From: Veleropilina oligotropha
Taxonomy: Eukaryota
Direction: 5' to 3'
DNA length: 64,000 nucleotides
NCBI GenBank assembly: GCA_048128005.1
Contig: JBEUKZ010000083.1
Span: 1-64,000, forward strand
The position numbers and the translations under genes were made by a program. Positions 25,052-34,211 of the stretch are shown here, piece by piece (position 1 is the first letter of the stretch; each line of letters opens with the position of its first letter). The notes beneath the pieces were generated by a model. It was not told the origin of the DNA. It searched no databases and saw only the letters and a list, made by a program, of their open reading frames with translations.

Positions 25052-25543
25052 CTATTGCATATGAAAAGGGTTCTGCTTCTTCAATTCGATAGTGGGGGCG
25101 GCCCGAGAGCACTGAGCGTCCGCGTCTGGTGGCTGTTGATGTGGTGTGGATGGACCAGGGTTGCTGCGTTCTGAGGACGTCTTCCAGACAACAAATACCA
25201 ACGCAACCGTACCGGCAGCGACGGCTACCTGGGTCCAATTAAATGGGTCCGATTTCCGTGTATCTGGCGCACACGGTCTTTCTGCGGCTGGAACCGCCTC
25301 CCCGGGCTGTTCTGATGGAACGACAACACTTGTTGGGGCACTCAGGTCTTCTTTCATTTTTCGAACCGCGGCCAGTAGCTTCTCCTGCTTGGCTTTTCGA
25401 GCAGCAGCGCCGGCCCGACCTGCAGCCACTTTTTTCGGGTCCTTTTTACTCACTGATGAGTCCGTCGAAGAAGTCACCCTCTCTATCGGCTGGCTCTCGA
25501 TCGGCTGTCTCTCGATCACTTGGTCCACTTCCGGCGTTGTCAT
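25052..25543 (-). CDS. Viral protein with basic KDPKKVAAGRAG motif and one TM helix
   Basis: Basic helix KKDPKKVAAGRAGAAARKAK and TM WTQVAVAAGTVALVFVVWK. Probable ATG at 25543. Confidence 0.65.
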   Translation of the reverse strand: MTTPEVDQVIERQPIESQPIERVTSSTDSSVSKKDPKKVAAGRAGAAARKAKQEKLLAAVRKMKEDLSAPTSVVVPSEQPGEAVPAAERPCAPDTRKSDPFNWTQVAVAAGTVALVFVVWKTSSERSNPGPSTPHQQPPDADAQCSRAAPTIELKKQNPFHMQ

Positions 25544-26207
25544 CTTGATCTGGTATCTTAGGCGGGCAAACATGTCCAAATTGGCAGTGCTTAGCCGTGG
25601 TCAACGCTGCGGTCAGCGGTGCGAGGTACATGCCATATTTATAATACAGCTCACAGCTTGCAGTGGTCAGGGCATGTGAGATGAACGGGTCGGCCTCGAG
25701 ATCAGCGATCAGTCGTAGCTGGTTTGCTGGTGGAATGGGCAGGAACGTCCCAGCTGCACCCGCATACAGCTGTATAGCAGCGGCCCCGAGGGTCTTCGTC
25801 ATGTCAGCACCTAGCTTCGCTTCATACCGTGCGTGGTGTTTCTCAACCTCGTCGTCAGTCATATCGTCGATTCGGTCCACTGTGAGGTTACGCCCCATGT
25901 ATCGGTGGGCCTGTCCTCCAACGGCTAATGCTGCAAGCCTCTCCCGTTTCTTTGCCATCCCTATGGAGCCAGTTTCAGGTTCCTCGTGCTGCGAGCAGCG
26001 TTTGGTCGTCGAGCGGGGTGAGCTGCTGCTCACGGTCGTTTCTTCCTCGTCATCCATGAGTTGATCGATGAGGCTGTCCATCCTTAAGCGTTTCCAACAT
26101 CTCCTCGCCAGTCTAATATAGCGATAATGCCAATACCACAACGTTACGAGTAGCAACAAGATCAGGCTCTGGCTGAAAGCAAAAGCTATGTATACCGCGT
26201 CCGACAT
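25446..26207 (-). CDS. Hypothetical viral protein with N-terminal TM
   Basis: 253-aa ORF with an N-terminal TM (VYIAFAFSQSLILLLLVTLWYW) and a helical core. An internal start at MDSLIDQ is possible. Confidence 0.65.
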   Translation of the reverse strand: MSDAVYIAFAFSQSLILLLLVTLWYWHYRYIRLARRCWKRLRMDSLIDQLMDDEEETTVSSSSPRSTTKRCSQHEEPETGSIGMAKKRERLAALAVGGQAHRYMGRNLTVDRIDDMTDDEVEKHHARYEAKLGADMTKTLGAAAIQLYAGAAGTFLPIPPANQLRLIADLEADPFISHALTTASCELYYKYGMYLAPLTAALTTAKHCQFGHVCPPKIPDQDDNAGSGPSDRETADREPADREGDFFDGLISE

Positions 26208-26260
26208 GCCTAGCTAGCTAAGTAGCTGCTAAGTAGATGTTAGGGCTAGCCAAGTAGCTG

Positions 26261-26893
26261 CTACAGCACACTATAAGCAACGGGCTGATCAGTTTTCAAC
26301 AGAAGCTTAGCGTGTCGTGTCTCGACCAACAGCCGGCGAACCTCGGTCCGTTCATCCTGCGACGGGATTACATCGTTCTCGCGCAGACAGTCCTCGAAAC
26401 TGTCGCGGTCCTTGCAATGGAACAGCGCGACCCAGCGGGTCTGCTCTCTGAGCTCCTTCAAGACCGAGTTGTACTTTTGCGTCACTACCCATACGCTCTG
26501 GGAAGCATGCCTGCCGCTGAAGGCCAACAAAGTCAGCATGTCCCTCCTCTTTGCCATAGCCTTGCTCGCGGCGCAGTCGTCGATTATGTACAGAGTCGAC
26601 TCCCCCTGAAACAGCCGGTAGAACCCCCGCAGCCAGTCATGGAGTCGCTCACCCGGGGGGACTAAATACACCTCAGGGTCGGTCCAGATCCACGGACAAG
26701 ACTGGTATGCTTTGTTGTACTTGATCGTGGGGCAGAGGATCACGATATGCCGGAAGACGCCTCGATACTCCCCTTCCAGCAGTTCAAGCATGAAAACCGT
26801 CTTCCCACAGCCCGTCTGGCCGCAGATGATTGCGGAGTGGGGGTCCTTGGTGTGCGGAAATCGTTTAGTACAGTGCTTCGACGAATCGGCCAT
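26261..26893 (-). CDS. A32-like (FtsK/HerA) genome-packaging ATPase
   Basis: Walker A GQTGCGKT, Walker B LYIIDD, arginine finger SGRH and VVTQKY. Confidence 0.92.
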   Translation of the reverse strand: MADSSKHCTKRFPHTKDPHSAIICGQTGCGKTVFMLELLEGEYRGVFRHIVILCPTIKYNKAYQSCPWIWTDPEVYLVPPGERLHDWLRGFYRLFQGESTLYIIDDCAASKAMAKRRDMLTLLAFSGRHASQSVWVVTQKYNSVLKELREQTRWVALFHCKDRDSFEDCLRENDVIPSQDERTEVRRLLVETRHAKLLLKTDQPVAYSVL

Positions 26894-28166
26894 TCTCGAT
26901 ATTCAGCTGTGCGTCCATGATCACGAACTCGTAGACGTTCAGTGGACCGGCCGCTTCGGCTGTTTTAGTGATCTGAATAGTAATGCCTTCGCTGGCGTTC
27001 TCGACCCTCCGGCCTGACCCGTGCAACTGATCGTCGTCAGTTACCCGCATATCGATCCAGAGCGCAAATTTCTTAGTCAGAAATTCGCCCAAAGTGACGT
27101 CTGCCATCTCCAAGTCCTTTGCGACCATCGCGACCTCAGGATGCCGCTTACTGCAGCCGGAGGCGAACATTTTCTTGGCTTCTTCCCAGATCTGGTATGT
27201 TCGCATGCCCTGGCTGTAGATTTGATTCGGGACACCCTCGATTGTGACCTCGACCTTTGTGATCTTCGGATTATAGAAGGCCTCAGTATCGCGAGAGAAT
27301 GGCGCGGCGTCTCTCGCAGGGTCCTCGAACAACAGTAGTATTCCTTTCATCGACCTCGCCGGTACGTTCACATTCATATTCCACAACGAGTCGCTCTTGT
27401 CTAGGGTGAGCTTCCGATGCCGGAGAACACGGTCGTACAGGATTACGAGTTGACCCTGGTATTGATTTCGAATCCGTCTGGCAAGCTCGGATTGGGTTAC
27501 CATGTCATATTCGAGGGATATATTGTCGATGGAATAGCTGGAACCGGAGTCGTCCGTCTCCCGGATAGTCCGGGAGTAGTCGTTGAACGTTAGCTCATAC
27601 TCGAGACGGTCTCCAAGGGCGCTTTGATAGAATGGCATGTGACTTTCCAACAGCTCGAAATCCAGCGGGATGCGGAATCGGTTACCGTACGCGGCCGCGA
27701 CCGCGACATCCTCAGACAGTCTAAAGGCGTCTGCCGCGCCAACACGATGCTTCGTAGTGTTGTGCCCATCGCTGGTATCAATCCCCTGGTACTGGGCGTT
27801 CTTGCGCTCCCCGGTGGTCTTCCAGAGATCGCAGTAGCAGTGGTACACGTCGGAGTCGTCAATCGACATGATCTCGTTTCCACTTATCTTTATCGTGGTC
27901 TTTCTGATCACGGCACGGCCGATATTTTGCACTACAGTCCTATTCGCATTTACCGAGGTCAGTGAGATGGTAAATGCAAGGTGGGCAGTCCCTGGAACGA
28001 TCACGTCATTCGCCCCGAGATTAGGGAACCGAACCAGGAGCTGCTGGTTCGGGGCAATCGTTGATGGATTGTTTGTAATCGTGACCGACTGGCGGATGCC
28101 CTTGACTGCGAGGGGCTCACGCAGCCTGCGGTATGGATTAAGCTTGCGTCCGTATACGCTAGTCAT
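26865..28166 (-). CDS. Probable major capsid protein (double jelly-roll)
   Basis: ~433-aa beta-rich protein next to the ATPase (LLVRFPNL..NDVIVPGT, IKISGNEI, RLEYELTF, ITKVEVTIEG, FALWIDMR). First ATG at 28166. The fold is inferred from size, pattern and gene context. Confidence 0.8.
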   Translation of the reverse strand: MTSVYGRKLNPYRRLREPLAVKGIRQSVTITNNPSTIAPNQQLLVRFPNLGANDVIVPGTAHLAFTISLTSVNANRTVVQNIGRAVIRKTTIKISGNEIMSIDDSDVYHCYCDLWKTTGERKNAQYQGIDTSDGHNTTKHRVGAADAFRLSEDVAVAAAYGNRFRIPLDFELLESHMPFYQSALGDRLEYELTFNDYSRTIRETDDSGSSYSIDNISLEYDMVTQSELARRIRNQYQGQLVILYDRVLRHRKLTLDKSDSLWNMNVNVPARSMKGILLLFEDPARDAAPFSRDTEAFYNPKITKVEVTIEGVPNQIYSQGMRTYQIWEEAKKMFASGCSKRHPEVAMVAKDLEMADVTLGEFLTKKFALWIDMRVTDDDQLHGSGRRVENASEGITIQITKTAEAAGPLNVYEFVIMDAQLNIENGRFVEALY

Positions 28167-28202
28167 GGCTGAATTAGATGCGTATCCCACTGATGTATTC
28201 AA

Positions 28203-29516
28203 ATGGCGGAATTCGATAACCCCGCATTCGAGCCGGACGATCTCATCGACAACGATGATACCATCATCGACGATACTGATGTGGATCTATCCACCGACCG
28301 GTTTATGCCTGTTCTTTCGGAACGGCCACAGGAAGGAACCAGCAGTCTTCAGCAAGAGCTCGTTCAGGGCGTGGTTGACGACTACTACAAAGCCCTGGCA
28401 CAGGAGGGGCAGACCCCAGCCGCAGGGCGAGATTATTCAAAATTCAAGTATGTGAGGGGAAAATTAGGGCGGGGGGGGAAATTGGTGATGACGGACTACC
28501 CCGACATCAATCTCATAAATTCTCGCACCGGCAACCCCTTGGCGTTGTCAACAATAGCTGGCCGGCCTGGTGGGGGTGATGCAATCCGTGAAGGGTTGGG
28601 TTTTGTACACTGGACGCGGGGGGGACAAAAGCCGTCCTCAAAAGCGGTTGCAGCTCTTCAGACAGCCGACAACGAGTTGAGCGGTGCGGCCGCTAATGTC
28701 GAAAACATAGAACTGCGGGACTTGGGGCAGACTGCTACTGATGCCTCGGTAGCAATCCACACGATGGAGACGAAATTCACTGATGCCGAGGTTGAAGAGA
28801 TCTTAGGCACAATGGGGGACCCTCCATTAAATCTTCGCGAGCTTCGCGGACTTGACAAGGCGATGCAGACCATCCGAGGCGAACTAACCAACAATCTAGC
28901 CAAACTAACGGCGCTGGACGAACACATAGAGCTGGAGAAGATGAAGCTCGATCGGGCAGATGAAGAGGGCGGTGTGGATGAGTTCATCCGTCGACGGATC
29001 GCGGAACGTCTGCGCGACCTGAATGATGAAAGAGCAGCTCGCCTAGAGGCAGCATCATCAAGCCGGGAGGCCCTTCGCTCTCAAATCAGCCGGATCCGAG
29101 AGATGATAAGTCGGATCCTGAACACCGACACAACGCTGGCCGAGCGTATCCGGACCCTGTTCCGCGAGCAAGGGGTCACGATCGCAACAATACTCACCGC
29201 TATCGGGCTCGCCATCTCGACTTTGGTACTAGCCCTGACAGGCGGAGCAACAAGCCCGCCAACGCCACCACCACCTCCCAGTGGTCAGGGCGGGGTCAAG
29301 GAGTGGGTCAAAAAGCAGCTGCAGAACCTGGGAAGGATTCTAGGCAAACTAGCAGGGAAGGCCGCAGCCGCACTTCCAGGAATACTTGGAAGCCTGGTCT
29401 CCTGGCTAATCAACCTGATTGGCAAGACAGCATCGTGGCTCGCTGAAAACCTATGGGCACTGGTCATATCAGTTGGGGGCTTGCTTCTTATTGCCGCTAG
29501 ACAGTGGGTCACGTAA
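28203..29516 (+). CDS. Viral coiled-coil protein with C-terminal TM and amphipathic helices
   Basis: 437 aa: acidic N-terminus, long coiled coil, TM VTIATILTAIGLAISTLVLAL, a Pro linker and amphipathic G/L/W-rich helices. Confidence 0.8.
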   Translation: MAEFDNPAFEPDDLIDNDDTIIDDTDVDLSTDRFMPVLSERPQEGTSSLQQELVQGVVDDYYKALAQEGQTPAAGRDYSKFKYVRGKLGRGGKLVMTDYPDINLINSRTGNPLALSTIAGRPGGGDAIREGLGFVHWTRGGQKPSSKAVAALQTADNELSGAAANVENIELRDLGQTATDASVAIHTMETKFTDAEVEEILGTMGDPPLNLRELRGLDKAMQTIRGELTNNLAKLTALDEHIELEKMKLDRADEEGGVDEFIRRRIAERLRDLNDERAARLEAASSSREALRSQISRIREMISRILNTDTTLAERIRTLFREQGVTIATILTAIGLAISTLVLALTGGATSPPTPPPPPSGQGGVKEWVKKQLQNLGRILGKLAGKAAAALPGILGSLVSWLINLIGKTASWLAENLWALVISVGGLLLIAARQWVT

Positions 29517-30795
29517 GCCAAATAAACGCTAGACCAACGACAATGCCGCCCACGATAAGTGCGGTTTTCTCCTCGTCATGTGCCGCTGGAACAGCCGCCA
29601 CTGAGGCCACAGCTGGCAGAGAGCTTGGATGCTTCGGAGTAACTACCGGTATGCTTGCATCTGCGTCTTGTGGAATAACCAGTCCTGTTTCTCCAGTATC
29701 CCCAGTGGCGTTGGGCGGCACAGGATTGGCCGCGTTCACCGTAGTATTAAGACCGAGTGTCTGGTCTTCCGTGGCGACGACGATCTCATTGTTATAACCA
29801 GCCACCTGCCCGATCCGTAGAAGCATGTTACTTGGCGCCATGTACAGGCCAACGCCGAATACGAAGTCCACTTTGGACCTCGCATACTGGAGCACCTCTT
29901 GGTACCGTTTGATGGCTGCTGGGAGGTCAACGGGGGATGCGATGGCGTCTTCCACGTTCGCCAGGAACTGTTTCTGTGCGTCAAACGCCGTCCCACTACC
30001 CAGAATACTTGCACGCGTTTGAGCCTGCGCTCCAAGAATCGCCCAGACATAGGTCCTGATGGAATCATTGAGCCTTTCCACGCCGGCCCTCGTGAATCCC
30101 ACCGACCTGTCCAGAATAAAAGTAGCCCAACCGTTTTTAAGTGCAGGCGCTTGCGCGATGTAGTCCACGTGCAGATTCGTGTTGGTCGTACCTTTGGTGA
30201 AGGACATTCGGCTTGGATCATAGTCACGTCCGATGGGGTGGTAGCCGTTGTTCGTCCAGTAGCTGTAAGCGGTGCCTAGTCCGCCGTTGGGACCCTTGAC
30301 ACGCCAGTCGGTATGGGGAGACACCCCAAATTCGCTGCAGATCTTTTCATATGCCCTTCGGTCATACGGGGTGTCGAATGCATCCCACGTCCGGTCTTGT
30401 GGCAGCGGCGCCTGAATCTCGGTCAAGATCCTTCTGACCTGATAGTAGACGTGGAAGGCGAATACAGCAGTGGAGAGGGGGGCTGCAGTAGCATTCAAGT
30501 GGTCTTCTGAGGAGATCCCGGAACCTGTTGTGGCACACCAAACTGCGAAATTGACCTTGTTCTGCCAGAACCTCATCGGCGTGCTGTGCCAAGCCCTTAT
30601 CAGCCCGTCACTAGCGACGTGAGGGAGGCGGTATTTCTGAAAGACGTCGGGGTATGTTGCCCCGAATGTAGTGGTTGAGCTATTACCCACATTGATGCTT
30701 GGTCTCGTAAGCTGCTCATCTTTGATCTTTGCTGGGTACACCACACCGGTCGGATAGGCCGCACTCCTATTAAACGCAAAGGCGCTCTTAGCCAT
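29509..30795 (-). CDS. Viral protein with C-terminal membrane anchor, function unknown
   Basis: Intact 428-aa ORF with an aromatic-rich globular part, a Pro/Ala-rich linker and terminal TM ALIVGGIVVGLAFIWLT. Confidence 0.8.
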   Translation of the reverse strand: MAKSAFAFNRSAAYPTGVVYPAKIKDEQLTRPSINVGNSSTTTFGATYPDVFQKYRLPHVASDGLIRAWHSTPMRFWQNKVNFAVWCATTGSGISSEDHLNATAAPLSTAVFAFHVYYQVRRILTEIQAPLPQDRTWDAFDTPYDRRAYEKICSEFGVSPHTDWRVKGPNGGLGTAYSYWTNNGYHPIGRDYDPSRMSFTKGTTNTNLHVDYIAQAPALKNGWATFILDRSVGFTRAGVERLNDSIRTYVWAILGAQAQTRASILGSGTAFDAQKQFLANVEDAIASPVDLPAAIKRYQEVLQYARSKVDFVFGVGLYMAPSNMLLRIGQVAGYNNEIVVATEDQTLGLNTTVNAANPVPPNATGDTGETGLVIPQDADASIPVVTPKHPSSLPAVASVAAVPAAHDEEKTALIVGGIVVGLAFIWLT

Positions 30796-30802
30796 AGCTA
30801 CT

Positions 30803-31543
30803 ATGTTTCACACATTAACAAACGTTCAAGAGGGGACCGCGGTTGCCCTCCTGGAGCCGATTGATAACCGGGACGGCAAGCTATGTGTCAGCTTGCAGTC
30901 GCTCGACTATTGGGTAGGCTGGCACAACGTGCATGCCGGAGCCTTCTTTAAGACCCCGGATACCACGGTCGACGTGGCACCAGGTTTCTACAGCTTCGAT
31001 GACCTCGCCAAGACGATGAAGAGGTCGCTAGTTAACCTACAACTAGATGTAAGCCATGCTACAGGGCTCGCCCGAATCGTGGTCCCAGAGGGGACTCGAC
31101 TCGCGATAAGTGACGATATACGAAAACTCCTCGGCTTAAACCTGTCTTCGTTTATTCTCGATAAAGCAGGGAATCTGAACCCACCGGTTCGGGGAGTACA
31201 GGGCCAACCACCTCCCCCTCCGGAGAGATCCGAGTGGCTACGCCCTGGGACTTATGACGGGAATAAGCCTGTCGGGTTTGCCATAGCGCCAACCCTGCAC
31301 GTCCACCTGGAGCAGCTTAGTACAACGCACAATGTGAAGGACGGCGCCCCGAGCACTATTCTCGCGGTGGTCCCTATCACGTCGCAGATGTTCGGTGAAG
31401 CTGGCCACTATCATAGCTATCCCGCCGGCCGGCGACTACAGGCCGGGCTAATCACAGAGTTGAAGGTTTACATCACAGACTCAGATGGTAAACCGCTCGA
31501 CAATCACGGTATGCCTATTTCCGCAGTCCTTGCGATACAATGA
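30803..31543 (+). CDS. Probable minor capsid (penton) protein, single jelly-roll
   Basis: 246 aa with the C-terminal ITELKVYITDSDGKPLDNHGMPISAVLAI pattern typical of Polinton minor capsid proteins, plus GFYSFDDL and STILAVVP. Confidence 0.75.
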   Translation: MFHTLTNVQEGTAVALLEPIDNRDGKLCVSLQSLDYWVGWHNVHAGAFFKTPDTTVDVAPGFYSFDDLAKTMKRSLVNLQLDVSHATGLARIVVPEGTRLAISDDIRKLLGLNLSSFILDKAGNLNPPVRGVQGQPPPPPERSEWLRPGTYDGNKPVGFAIAPTLHVHLEQLSTTHNVKDGAPSTILAVVPITSQMFGEAGHYHSYPAGRRLQAGLITELKVYITDSDGKPLDNHGMPISAVLAIQ

Positions 31544-31891
31544 GCAGCATCTACGGGACCCTGCTTGCAGACGAGCCCTCTTCCCCCCCCGACCCGGTGG
31601 CACTTTGTCCTTAATTGTGGGGTAGCGCCCAATAAGGGGCTGGCGAGGAGGGAGTTCATGTTTCCAAACACTAGAGGTCGGTTCGGGTTGAACCCAGCCC
31701 TTCTAATGATCCACCTGACGCCGGTCCAGCCGGCAGGGGGCCCCAAGGCATGTTCCATAAGTAAACTCAGCCTGGATTCGGATAAGTTAACCCTCGCCTT
31801 TGTCATCAAGGCCCCGTGGGTCGGCACTCTGTATTTGAACGTTACAGTAGACATTTTAAACAAACAGGCGGAACAATACAGCCACGTATGA
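31540..31891 (+). CDS. Small viral gene apparently split by a 1-nt frameshift in a C8 run
   Basis: ATG 31540 overlaps the penton stop (ATGA). MSSIYGTLLADEPSSPP can join PTRWHFVLNC...EQYSHV* if one C is removed at 31583-31590. The stop overlaps the next ATG. Confidence 0.5.
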
Positions 31892-32523
31892 TGGACAACA
31901 AACCCTCAGCGCCAACGCTGTACCCACAACTTGGTGGCGATGTGCCTTCGGAACTGCATGAGGCACAGTCCTTCCGACTACAGAAAGTGAATGAGCTTCA
32001 GGGACAATTAGAACGAGAGAGGGACACACGGGCTGCATTATATAAAAAGTACCGACGAGGTGTTAACGTCGTTGACGGGATAGATAACGGGCTAGTCGTC
32101 GCCACACTTGGTATGGGTAGCGCTGGAATTGGTCTACTGTCCACAATTGTAGCCGCCCCGGTCGTCCTAGTGCTGGAACTAGCGGCATTAGGGTGTGGGC
32201 TCGCTAGTATGGGTGGAAAGTATATCAGCCGGCGCCTCGGGGTGAAGGCTAAGAAACACGACGAGATTCGAGTCCTGGCCGACAGCAAGCTGAATACCAT
32301 AACCGACCACGTCTCAAAGGCATTATCGGACGGGGTGATGTCTGATGATGAATTCCAACTGGTCACAGGGGAGATGGAAAAATACCAAGCTATGAAGGCA
32401 TCAATCCGGGATAAGAGTAGGAAGGCGCACACCGCGATTTCACAGACCCAAAGCGAGCTTATTGAGCGTGGTCGTTTAGAGGGTCGCGCAGAGCTGCTGA
32501 AAAAAATCGGAGCTGGCGACTAA
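31888..32523 (+). CDS. Viral membrane protein with N-terminal PSAP/LYPxL motifs
   Basis: MMDNKPSAPTLYPQL, a coiled coil, a central hydrophobic hairpin (GLVVATLGMGSAGIGLLSTIVAAPVVLVLELAALGCGL) and a helical C-terminus. Confidence 0.8.
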   Translation: MMDNKPSAPTLYPQLGGDVPSELHEAQSFRLQKVNELQGQLERERDTRAALYKKYRRGVNVVDGIDNGLVVATLGMGSAGIGLLSTIVAAPVVLVLELAALGCGLASMGGKYISRRLGVKAKKHDEIRVLADSKLNTITDHVSKALSDGVMSDDEFQLVTGEMEKYQAMKASIRDKSRKAHTAISQTQSELIERGRLEGRAELLKKIGAGD

Positions 32524-32605
32524 CTATCCAGGTTGAGCGTAGCCACGACTACCCCGCTCCTCCCCCGTATTAAAGCTAGAAATCGACAGTGATATCTGGA
32601 CAACC

Positions 32606-33037
32606 ATGAAATCCATGAAATCTATGCTACTGTGTATTGCCGCGGTGTGCTGGCTAGGGGGTGTGTCTACCCAGGCGTCGACACACAACACTGCATTAAT
32701 TCTGGAACATACGTGGACTAGGTACCGAAATCATCCCAGGTATAACGCCCGATTTGACCCCTTACGTAGAAACTTGCTTCTTCGCCCGGGTAGAGACCCC
32801 ACCCCTGATGTCTCTCCACCGTCATGCCACTATTTTATTATCGGAGAGAATGACTGTAGCCCTGCCACACCAAGAGATACTGTCACATGTGTCCAGTGTT
32901 CGACCCCCTCGTTATGTCCTGGAAAAAATGGGGAGTATTATACCATGCTGTCTGGCTGCTTCGGTGTGTGGAGAAAAGTCGGACAAATCTCACCCTGTAA
33001 TTGTACTTTAATATCGGGCAACTATATATTCATATAA
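32606..33037 (+). CDS. Secreted Cys-rich viral protein
   Basis: Signal peptide MKSMKSMLLCIAAVCWLGGVSTQA, 8 Cys in the mature part ending in CxC, Kozak ACCATG, and AATAAA at ~33178. Confidence 0.7.
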   Translation: MKSMKSMLLCIAAVCWLGGVSTQASTHNTALILEHTWTRYRNHPRYNARFDPLRRNLLLRPGRDPTPDVSPPSCHYFIIGENDCSPATPRDTVTCVQCSTPSLCPGKNGEYYTMLSGCFGVWRKVGQISPCNCTLISGNYIFI

Positions 33038-33789
33038 ACCAGCTGATTGGAAAATGTCTTGCATTACACTATGTCACAGCTGTGTATATAAATGCCCATT
33101 AGGCCGTCTACTAACTCTGACACCCTCTCGCGATATTCACATAATTTTTAGGATTTCAGTGTATTATATATTACATAATAAATAATTCATTGGCAAAAAA
33201 AGATCAGTATATAATAATTATAAAATGTCATATATTTTTATTTGTGTTTGGTAATTTCTTTTATATATTCATTTTTGTATCCGACTTGTTGTAAAATGTC
33301 GTCGTAATGTTAGAATCTAAGAAAATCGAGGAATGTTTCATTAAAATATTAATACTACGTATAGTAGTCCCAGGTTTCACTGCGGGCAAAAGTTGACACC
33401 AACCTCAAGTATTTCTATACTGTCAAGTCATTACCGTTGGTATGGTATTATATAACCCAATTTATAAACAATTTAAATGGGTGGGTACGTTTTTATAAAC
33501 ACAAAATCATGTCACGACGATTATCTTTAATGAAAACACATGCCAAAGTCGTTTCATTCATGCCGATTTATGAATGACACCAGTCGTTAAAAGCGTGCGT
33601 CACTGGCGTTCAGCTGTCTACTGCTGTCGCCGACCCAGAAAAAAAAAAGATTGACCCACTGAAAAATATCTGACCTAGAAATAAATATCTTGTCCTGAAA
33701 CGGGTCATCGCTCCAGTTACAAAGTTTTGGTCCAGTTGTTTACATCTGGACAGTTTACTCTCTAAATGGAAATTGTACATGTATAGCAA

Positions 33790-33880
33790 TGAGTCAGCCA
33801 TGTGTCACATCGCCACGTGTACATTGCCACGTGTACATTGCCACGTGGCACAATGAGTCAGAAATAAAGGGTTATATAAG
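33790..33880 (+). promoter_or_regulatory. Compact Pol II-type promoter: AP-1 / 3x E-box / AP-1 / TATA
   Basis: TGAGTCA at 33790 and 33854, CACGTG at 33814, 33828 and 33842, and TATATAAG at 33873. Confidence 0.7.
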
Positions 33881-33908
33881 GACAACATGAGAGCACACAA
33901 CGACATTG

Positions 33909-34196
33909 ATGGATAAACTATCAACAACAATGTCTGGTTTGGTGATGTCACGAAAGCGTACTTTTGTTGAGTCATTTCTCGATAAACAAGCAACCGAGTC
34001 TCGTGGGGTATCGAAGAAATCCACGAGACTCGAACTGGCTAGAGCCAAAAATCGCAGGGACACTGCGCACCAAAATATGGTAAAAACTGAAGAGAGGATA
34101 ACCAAGATGATGGAGAGACTACGAGAACAAGAAGCTTCCTATGAGGCCTCCAAAGATGATATCCGTAGATTACAAGTCCTTCTGGAGGGGGATTAG
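33909..34196 (+). CDS. Small basic coiled-coil viral protein
   Basis: SRKRT NLS-like motif, a basic segment, then heptad repeats. Lies directly downstream of the TATA promoter; ATG at 33909 or 33930. Confidence 0.6.
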   Translation: MDKLSTTMSGLVMSRKRTFVESFLDKQATESRGVSKKSTRLELARAKNRRDTAHQNMVKTEERITKMMERLREQEASYEASKDDIRRLQVLLEGD

Positions 34197-34211
34197 TGAT
34201 ATTCATTTTCG

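Noticed and set aside
25452..25480. Second CTGATGAG hammerhead-like core (also at ~12032 and ~63935)
   Set aside because: No paired stem II followed by GAAA.
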